From NCBI GenBank assembly GCA_051294375.1, contig CM119270.1, positions 8,543,213 to 8,607,212 of the forward strand: a stretch of 64,000 nt of DNA. Direction: 5' to 3'. Position 1 is the stretch's first letter. Each line of letters starts with the position of its first letter. The notes under the pieces were generated by a model. The model ran no database searches. It had not been told where the DNA came from and was given only the letters and a program-made list of their open reading frames with translations. Positions 56,801 to 64,000 of this stretch are shown here, piece by piece. The stretch comes from Paraspadella gotoi. Its lineage: Eukaryota > Animalia > Chaetognatha. The position numbers and the translations under genes were made by a program.

Positions 56801-59800
56801 ATTTTTAAAAAAGTATTATCGGTTAAAAAGTTATAATTTTTTTAAATTTAAAAAAAATCACTTTCCTTAAGAAAAAAGGTCATTCAAATCAACTTGAAAA
56901 TATGAAGTACAGATTCAAAAAGCCGGCGATTCCATTTTATAACGGTTTTAGTTATGATATAAAAGAAAAGAAACCTATCTAAAGAGTTGCAGGTCAAACG
57001 AAAAGGCCAATCCATCTGATATTTTTTATGAATTTTTTTTAGTGAATTAGAAAAATGTTATAGACATTTTTAAATTTCAACTTGTATCCTTGAAAATGAG
57101 ACGTTTTTAAACTTTAACCCTGAAACACGTTTATCAAAATGTCTCTCTATTACATTTTCACAAATGTTTTTAAGATTGCTAATAAATTTTTAAATCAATA
57201 TTATTGCAATCGTTTAGGCTGAAACTCTTTAAATTCAGTGTAGATTCAGTGTAGATCGAATTTCTTTACCATCTATTTAACTAAAGATTTTGTTCAAGAC
57301 TGGAAAACCAACAGAGTAACAAGATTAATTGTTTAACTCTCCCCTTCTAAATTTGCCTTTACCGTGTTTTAACTTCTTACCTAGAATTTTTTAAAAACCA
57401 GATTGAAAAACAAATCTTTAAAAAATCTGCTTACCGATTTAATTTAACAATTTTTTTATTTAACATTTAAAAAAAAATATTTAAAACAGAATGTTTACAT
57501 ATAAATAAATACTTTATTTGGTGATTACTGGTGATTTCTCTATGTATTTGCTCTAATACATCAAAGATTATGCATTATTAAGTTGAATGACCTTTCCTCT
57601 TAATAATTATTTTTATTTAATAGGTTTGAACTAGGCTAAAGGGAAAAAGGGAATGCACTTTTCTCAGAGTAAATAAAAAAAATAGTAAATTCTGATTTGA
57701 CAATGTGTAACTTTAATATTTTGTCTCACGAGGTCATTAAAGTTTTTTTTAATTTTTATAATTTTATAATGGAATTATAACTTTTAAATAAAGTAGTTTT
57801 CATTCATTACCTTTGTCAAGCTAGTTCTCTAGAACTGAGTTGAATTATAGTTTATGTTAAATATATTGCCTAATAAAAGGTTGTAAAAAACTTGGAAAAA
57901 TATATTAAGCTTGCTTGATTAATTTAAGAATAGATCCAACTTGTTGATAAATTCATAAACTATTAAATGAATAAAAATCAAAGATGAATTAAAAATTATA
58001 TTTATTTCAAAACTAAATCGACTCTTTACAATAGACTTAATTATTAACTATAAATCAAGAATAGATAACAAAAAAATAGAATAACTAGTTTTCTTTCTTT
58101 AGCACTATAGATGACCTTTTTTTTTCTCGACAGGCAAGCAGCAAGCAACTCTTTTCTCAGTTGCTTAAATTTCATTAATTTTACTCTTTTTGTCTCATTT
58201 TATCAATTTTTAATCATTTAATCGCTTTTGTCATTTTTTCTTTTTATTTTATATAAAGAAAAAAAAATACCTTATTTAAAAGTCATAATTCCTTTATAAA
58301 ATGATACAAATTTAAAAAAGCTTTAATGACCTGGTGAGACTAGATATTAAAGTTACCCATTGTCAAATCAGAATTTACTATTTTTTTATTTACTCTGAGA
58401 AAAGTGCATTCCCTTTTTCCTTTTAGCCTAGTTCAAACCTATTAAATAAAAATAATTATTAAGGAAAGTGATTTTTTTTAAATTTAAAAAAACTATAACT
58501 TTTTATCTGATAATCCATTTTTAAAAATTCAATTCGCCGTAATTTTTAAAAAAAAATATTTCACGAACATGTTAAAAATATCATTTTAAAAATTTTTTTA
58601 TCTAAAATTGCCCAAAACAATATGTTTTAAGAAAAATTTTCCTTAGTAAAAAACGAACTTAATTTATAATGCGAGGTATGTAACATAGTCAATTTTTTCC
58701 GCTCTACAAGATAGTTTGGGTTTCGTCCCTCTAGCAATAAAGCTTTTAAAGATATTTAGCAAAAAGTTTATTTTTTACCATTTTTTTTATTTTTTTCAAA
58801 GTTGGCAGCATTTACTATAAATTTTTTTTGAAAAAAATGTTCAAAAAATTCATATGATGTATGGGCACCTTTTACACAATACTCGTTTTTTTATTTCAAA
58901 ACTTTTCATACATGGAAAGTTAGGCGTAGTAAAATTCCTAAGTTTAACTTCAATTAAAATTCTAAAAGTGAGGAACGAACAACATTATACTTATGAACAT
59001 TTATGTATAAAAAAATTTATAATAAATTTTACAATTTACGCAGTAGGCCATATTTATACTAGTACTAAACCAATAAATGTTAAAATTTCAAAACCGTTTT
59101 TTCTAAGATTTTTATGCAGATTTTGATTCGTCATAAATTCGTCACAAATTCCTTCATTAAGTGGGTCAAAAATTAGAAAAAGCTATATTTTAAGCTGAAA
59201 ATCAACTATTTATATATTAAATATAGTATTTTTAATTTTTAACCCACTTAATGAAAGAATTTTTAAAAATGAATTATATTTTCTTTTATCAACTTTTGAC
59301 GAGGAATTCAAATCTGCAATCAAAATTAAGAAAAGCCTATTTTGAAATTTTTCGATTTTATAAGGATAGTACTATATATAGCCTACTGCGAAAATTAAAA
59401 AACATAAAATAAATTTTTTTTACAAATTAATGTTGACTGATGGTAAGTTGTTCATAATTGACTTTTAGAATTGTCGTATGTAACTTTCACTACGCCTTAA
59501 TGGAAAGGTCTAGTGTATATAATGGTTAATTGGTTATAGATGGGGTGAAATTGGCGCAATGCCCAACTACAGATATTATTTTTATGCTAAACATGAAGCA
59601 GTTAACAACATTTGAAGTTACATTGGATTCATCATAAAAGTCTACTGGTTTAACCATAAAAAAATATATAGTATGGTGGACTAAAACCCACCAACGTTTT
59701 ATCAGCGGCCATTGGTGCAGGATGCGAGTCGTTTGCTTCCAAACCCAATCGTCCGGAGTTCTAGCCCGGTAGTCGCTAAGCACTTTAGTTGGACGTGGCG

Positions 59801-60598
59801 CTTAACCCGCCTGTAACACGGTGTAACAGCCGGATCCAAAGCTATGGGACTGCTTATATTGAACGGTTCTATCACTTACTCATAACAATGGAACAATGTT
59901 TTATTTATTATATTTTTACTGACACGCATTTAAGAGATAACGCTTCATTATAATAATTTCCAGGTTTTTTATTTATTGTAAAATGCCTATTTGCTGGGCC
60001 TCTCTTTGCATTAATTGGCGGATTCCTTACAATAAAAATGATTAATTGGATCTACAACTATTTCATCGCAGAAATGGTCTTTGTCGTTTGCATAAAAATT
60101 TAGAATTGTTGAATAATAAAAGACCATTTTTTAATGTTTTTAGTTCTGGCGGTCTGGTGGTCTGGTGGTTTGGTGGTCAGTCTGTCCCACTTATGTTTAT
60201 AACCTTCATATTATGGTGGACTAAAATCCACAAAACGGTTAATCAGCGGCCATTGGTGCTGGAGGCAAGACATTCGCCTCCCAACCCAAAGGTCCGGGAT
60301 TCTAGCACGGTGGTCGCCTAGTAGTTAAGAGGGACGGGGCGCTTAACCCGCCTTTAACACGGTGTTACAGCCTGATCCGAACCTCAGGGACTGCTTATAT
60401 TGAACGGTTCTGTCACTAACACATAACAATAATTACTGTCTCTTCACCATATTCATATAATATTTTTAGTTGATTCTGCTGAGTATGTTGTATTTTACTA
60501 TTGTGCTTACGAAGGCTCTTATATCTATTCCGGCTGCAACAATTGTAGTACCTATGGGTCTTTATATTTCATATCATCGAACATGCATTTCACCTCAG
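43723..60598 (+). CDS. Na+/H+ exchanger, CPA1 family (SLC9C/SOS1/NhaP-like), N-terminal part; exons 43723-43806 (tentative, GC donor), 43883-43971, 46831-46936, 47047-47145, 47444-47506, 54471-54585, 54680-54778, 59964-60076, 60470-60598; probably continues past the window
   Basis: Phases join to give ...RRIPYAFFVLLIGIV...IIFHVIYPFIFFDSAF...VFLLSFPGLII...FNWTFYQAMTFSSILGSTDP...LGIIISGEAVINDATA...LFAGPLFA...WIYNYFIAEM...RTCISPQ. These match the CPA1 motifs LPY, FLP..F.SA, ATDP, GES..ND and the SLC9C-like GGP.FG and T.ISPEV. Confidence 0.82.
43984..44567 (-). mobile_element. TRIM (miniature non-autonomous LTR retrotransposon) with tRNA-like sequence in its LTRs
   Basis: Direct repeats at 44333-44567 (5' LTR) and 43984-44147 (3' LTR, internally deleted). 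PBS TGGTGAGCCCGAC is at 44319-44331 (-), PPT GGAGGGGGGGATG at 44148-44160 (-), and the 4-bp TSD GATG is on both sides. Confidence 0.88.
44813..44865 (-). ncRNA. Minimal hammerhead ribozyme motif
   Basis: Minus strand reads AG-CTGATGA-A-GACTC-gaaccagca-GAGTC-GAAAC-AT-GTA-CT. Confidence 0.7.
45063..45110 (+). ncRNA. Minimal hammerhead ribozyme motif (one stem II mismatch)
   Basis: AG-CTGATGA-A-GAATC-gaaccagca-GAGTC-GAAAC-AT-GTA-CT. Confidence 0.65.
45476..46592. mobile_element. Inverted-repeat insert (~400-bp arms around a ~250-bp GC-richer core), Penelope-like geometry
   Basis: 45580-45942 is the inverse of 46188-46545. Flanking direct repeat AGTAATGTGA. The core shares ggccgtcggcagg...agagatattcga with 39110-39155. 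Confidence 0.6.
47560..47575 (+). mobile_element. 5' end of a solo LTR whose remainder lies at 54211-54418
   Basis: TATGGTGGACTAAAA preceded by CTTC, which matches the CTTC after 54418. Confidence 0.7.
47630..54200 (+). repeat. ~6.5-kb noisy duplicate of ~38765-45120 (last two EGF-gene exons, first SLC9 exons, TRIM), probable assembly artefact
   Basis: Collinear with dense indels that frameshift the exon copies; it sits between the two halves of one solo LTR. Confidence 0.85.
53083..53671 (-). mobile_element. Second copy of the TRIM inside the duplicated block
   Basis: Same flanks and GATG TSD as 43984-44567, so it is the same insertion duplicated. Confidence 0.8.
54211..54418 (+). mobile_element. 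3' part of a diverged solo LTR of the TRIM
   Basis: cgttcatcagcggcaattggtg...ttcttca followed by CTTC. Confidence 0.8.
55070..56109 (-). mobile_element. Same HINE-like family, reverse orientation
   Basis: Both termini are present in reverse, with 18-bp ggtcaacttgcataattt repeats and a (GGAC)n tract. Confidence 0.6.
56383..59512. mobile_element. Non-autonomous foldback DNA element with long TIRs
   Basis: Termini TAGACCTTTCCAT / ATGGAAAGGTCTA. 56383-56870 is the inverse of ~58460-58919, and ~57600-57750 the inverse of ~58320-58460. Flanking repeat GTGTAT. Confidence 0.65.
58920..59499. mobile_element. hAT-like MITE nested in the right TIR of the element above
   Basis: TIRs TTAGGCGTAGT / ACTACGCCTTA, 8-bp TSD ATGGAAAG (58912-58919 and 59500-59507), and an internally near-palindromic body. 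Confidence 0.75.
59672..59889 (+). mobile_element. Diverged, 3'-truncated solo LTR of the TRIM
   Basis: Aligns to 38542-38775 by eye; the 3' terminus is lost. Confidence 0.8.
60212..60446 (+). mobile_element. Solo LTR of the TRIM
   Basis: Full-length TATGGTGG...CTCTTCA; the TSD is imperfect (ATAT/CCAT). Confidence 0.82.
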
Positions 60599-61080
60599 GT
60601 GCTGTATGATTTACTAAAAAACTTTGGTTTTTGTGGTTATAGCGTAAAGGTAACCGTAACAGGCAGGAAATATAATAATTAATGTTTTGTGGCGGTATAT
60701 TCACACCGCCTCACATTCACCTATGCTCCTGGGGTACACTACAACAAACGCCTATGCCCCCACTACTCTCTCTCTCTCCCACTATGGTAGCAGTCTTGTC
60801 AGACACCTCTCAGGCCGAGAGAACCTGAGTGATGTCTTGGCCCAGGGATCCAGTGGCAGTATATTGACACCGCCTCACATCCCATTGGCTCAGAGGGGGA
60901 ATGCACCATCCCAAGCATTGTGTTCCAACCAGTCCTAACGATTTCCCTCTGCGTTGGAAAAGCGAGGTCATCCTCGGGTAACCGCGCCAGTGACAGGAGG
61001 CGTCACTGAGAACAGTAAGCCCTCAAAGCTAACGTGAGATGGGCATCGCAGGCAACCCGGCTGTTTCCATAGTTTTTATT

Positions 61081-62866
61081 TTTTAGTCGGATCTGCTTTT
61101 CAGCAGATCCCGACTCTATAATTCACTTTGTCGGTCCGTCGGGCCGCCCCCTCAATATCGTCGGGCACTTACTTATATCATGTCAGAACATCGAATTATG
61201 ATAAATTATGCAAAAAAAAAGATGTCCGTCCGTCCGTCCGTCCATCCATCCCACCTTGGCAAAAAACACCAATTACTCGTGATTAGATGGATGGATTGGA
61301 ATGAAATTTAGTGTGTGGGTAGGGAACTGTGTGAATGAGCTGTATATGAAGTTTCGATGGAATCGTCCGAGTGGAAATGAGTTTAAATGGAAAAGATAAA
61401 AAAATAAATTTCACTATTTGAATACCAATTACTCAAGAGTGGATGGGGCGATTGACTTGAAATTTTGTATTTGGGTAGGAAAGTGTGTGATTGAGCTGGA
61501 AATCAAGTTTCGATGGAATCGTTTGAGTGGAAATGAGTTTAAATGGAAAAAAACAAAAAACCTGTTTCACTAATTGATTATGCTTCTTTTTCCTTTTATA
61601 TTAAATGTAAATGAAGGATGTATTAATAAATCAAATAATTAATTAGTTAATTAATCAAGTGGTCAATTAATTAATCAATAATTAATTAATTAGTCAATCA
61701 ATCCGTCCATCCGTCCATCCGTCCATCTTAGCAAAAAGCTCCAATAACTCGTGATTGTGTGTGGGTAGGACAGTGTGAGATGAAGCTGGATATAAAGTTT
61801 CGATGGAATCGTGCGAGTGGAAATGAGTTTAAATGGAAAAAACATAAGTTGCATTTACTAAAATATTTTTCCTTATTTTAACCAATAAATACTCTATTTA
61901 ATCATAATTGGATGGATATTTTGAGTTGAAATTTTGTGTGTGGTTAGGAAAGTGTGTGACGAAGCTTGATACAAAGTTTCGGTGGAAACGTACGAGTGGA
62001 AATTAGTTTACATAAAAAAAATATGAGTCACATTTACTTGAATCTTTTTGCTTTCATGATCATGTTAGTCCTGCAATGTTACTTATTTTAACCCATAATT
62101 ACTCGAATTAATCATATTTGAATTAATAGATTGAAAAGGAAAGTGTGTGAAGAAGCTAGATATAAAGTTTTGACGGAATTGTGCCAGTTGAAATGAGTTT
62201 AAATGGAAAAAACATGAGTCACATTTACTTAAACCTTTTTTATTTATGATTACTAATAAATGTTTTAATTAATTAATTAATTAATTGGAAAAAATGATAC
62301 AATTTAAAAAAATTATGCAAGTCGAAAAAATTATGTAAGTTGAAAAAAATATGCAAGTTGAAAAAAATATGCAAGTTGAAAAAAATATGCAAGTTGAAAA
62401 AAGTATGTAAGTTGAAAAAATTATGCAAGTTGAAAAAATTATGCAAGTTGAAAAAACTATACAAGTTGAAGAAAGTATGCAAGTTGAAGAAATTAACCAA
62501 GTTGAAAAAATAATGCAAATTGAAAAAATGATGCAAGTTAAAAAAAATAATGCGAATTGTAAAAATGATGTAAATTGAAAGAATGATGAGTTGAAAAAAT
62601 TATGTGCGTGGAAAAAATGATGCAAGTTGAAAAAATTATGCAAGTTAAAAAAATGATACAAATTGTAAAAATGATGTAAATTTAAAAAATGATGAGTTGA
62701 AAATTTATGTGTGTGGAAAAAATTATGCGAGTTGAAAAAATGATGCGAGTTAAAAAAATGATGCAAGTTAAAAAAAATTTTAAAAAATATTGTGATTTAT
62801 CATCTGATTAGCAGATTACCGCTTAATTATTGTAGGCAGATCTGACATTGTTTGCTCAAACTTGTT
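61081..62866 (+). mobile_element. Helentron-associated (HINE/DINE-1-like) non-autonomous element with internal tandem repeats
   Basis: 5' end ttttagtcgg..hairpin..ccgactctata, (GTCC)n tract, ~120-bp repeats (gtgtgggtagga...gatggaatcg...gtggaaatgag), 18-bp repeats at 62290-62775, and 3' end gcagatctgacattg-tttgctcaaacttgtt in a T-rich site. Confidence 0.6.
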
Positions 62867-63363
62867 TTGAAGATGGTCTGTTCTTGATAAGCTTCGACAA
62901 TCCCAGTCTTTGATCCTTTATTCCGTCTCTGTTGGTCATTGGTTTGACGTTGGTTGTTGTTAGGTCTGTGATTAGTTAAAACTGTTTGATGATCTCAGAA
63001 TAGGACATGACAAGGCCGAGAGGTTCCATCTCTGGATCTATTTCGACGATGATAAAAAAAAATCCAAAAAATAAGAATAAATAAATAAAATAACTTTGTA
63101 TGACTTCTCCCAATTAGTGTTTCCTTAACTGTTAATTTTTCTACAACGTCGGTTAACCGTTAAAAATCGACTTTTTAAACCGCCTCTGCTTACAATCCTC
63201 GCATTCAGGAAAAAAACTACTTTTTCCAGTATTGTTCAGTTACTATTAACGAAATTAACTTAATTTTCACCATAATATAAATTGGGCCAAAATACGGAAT
63301 GGTTAAAACCATCTCCAGCTATTTCTAATCATATAAGAGTAACATTTTTGCAACTTTTAAGAA

Positions 63364-64000
63364 AAACAAGTTTGAGCAAACAATGTCGGATCTGCCTACG
63401 AAAATTAATTAATTAATTAATTAATCGATTAATTAATTAATTAATTAATTTTAATGTTTAATAAATAATTATAAATTTATATACAGCTTATCATCATCGA
63501 TGTCCTTAAAATATATTTATATCTAGCTTCTTCACAAACTTTCCTTCCCGCTCACAAAATCTCATCTCAATCTATTATGGGTTAAAATAAGTAAAAAGAG
63601 TCAAGTAAATGTGACTCATATTTTTTTCATTTAAACTCATTTCTACTTGTACCGAAACTTTATATCAAGCTTCGTCACACATTTTCCTACCCACACAAAA
63701 TTTGAACTCAATCTATCCATCCAATTATGATTAATTAGACTATTTATTGGTTAAAATAAGTAAAAAGATTTTAGTAAATGCGACTTATGTTTTTTCCATT
63801 TGAACTCATATCCACTCACACAATTCCGTCGAAACTTTATTTCCAGCTTCATCACACATGTTCCTACCCATACACAAAATTTCATTCTGATCCAACCAGC
63901 CAATCATGAGTTATTGGGGCTTTTTGCTAAGGTGGGACGGATGGACGGATTCATTGACTGATTAATTAATTAGTGATTAATTAATTGACTAATTGATTAA
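63364..64000 (-). mobile_element. Same HINE-like family, partial, runs off the window
   Basis: Terminus aacaagtttgagcaaacaatgtcggatctgcc plus the ~120-bp repeat units. Confidence 0.6.

Noticed and set aside
59540-59600. Extra SLC9 exon
   Set aside because: Exon 54680-54778 (phase 1) joins 59964 in frame without it, and its donor is weak.
62273-62775. CRISPR-like array or HxFFNL-repeat protein
   Set aside because: Head-to-tail 18-bp minisatellite without unique spacers, inside a mobile element in a eukaryotic genome.

Overview
AT-rich animal (invertebrate-like) genomic DNA with many short introns, (AG)n/(CT)n microsatellites, three N-gaps and two indel-riddled near-duplicate blocks (~2.4-12.3 kb repeating ~12.9-22.6 kb; ~47.6-54.2 kb repeating ~38.8-45.1 kb) that look like assembly artefacts. 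Four spliced genes can be built by hand: (1) a stathmin-family gene with three tubulin-binding repeats (+, 13447-16720); (2) tail-to-tail with it, a divergent 12-exon alpha-tubulin (-, 19595-22975) ending in EEE with no Tyr; (3) a ~2,100-aa secreted protein (+, 25160-41078) with signal peptide, S/T/P/N-rich repeats, Cys-rich modules, 26 one-exon His-rich EGF repeats and two tandem carbohydrate-binding-module-like domains; (4) the 5' part of an SLC9/NhaP-type Na+/H+ exchanger (+, 43723 to >60598). The most notable non-coding content is a 584-bp miniature LTR retroelement (TRIM) whose LTRs carry a tRNA-like Pol III cassette (PBS, PPT, 4-bp TSDs, several solo LTRs), and small inverted-repeat Penelope-like inserts carrying minimal hammerhead ribozymes. 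There are also Helentron-associated-like elements and nested foldback MITEs. All models were made by eye, without database searches.
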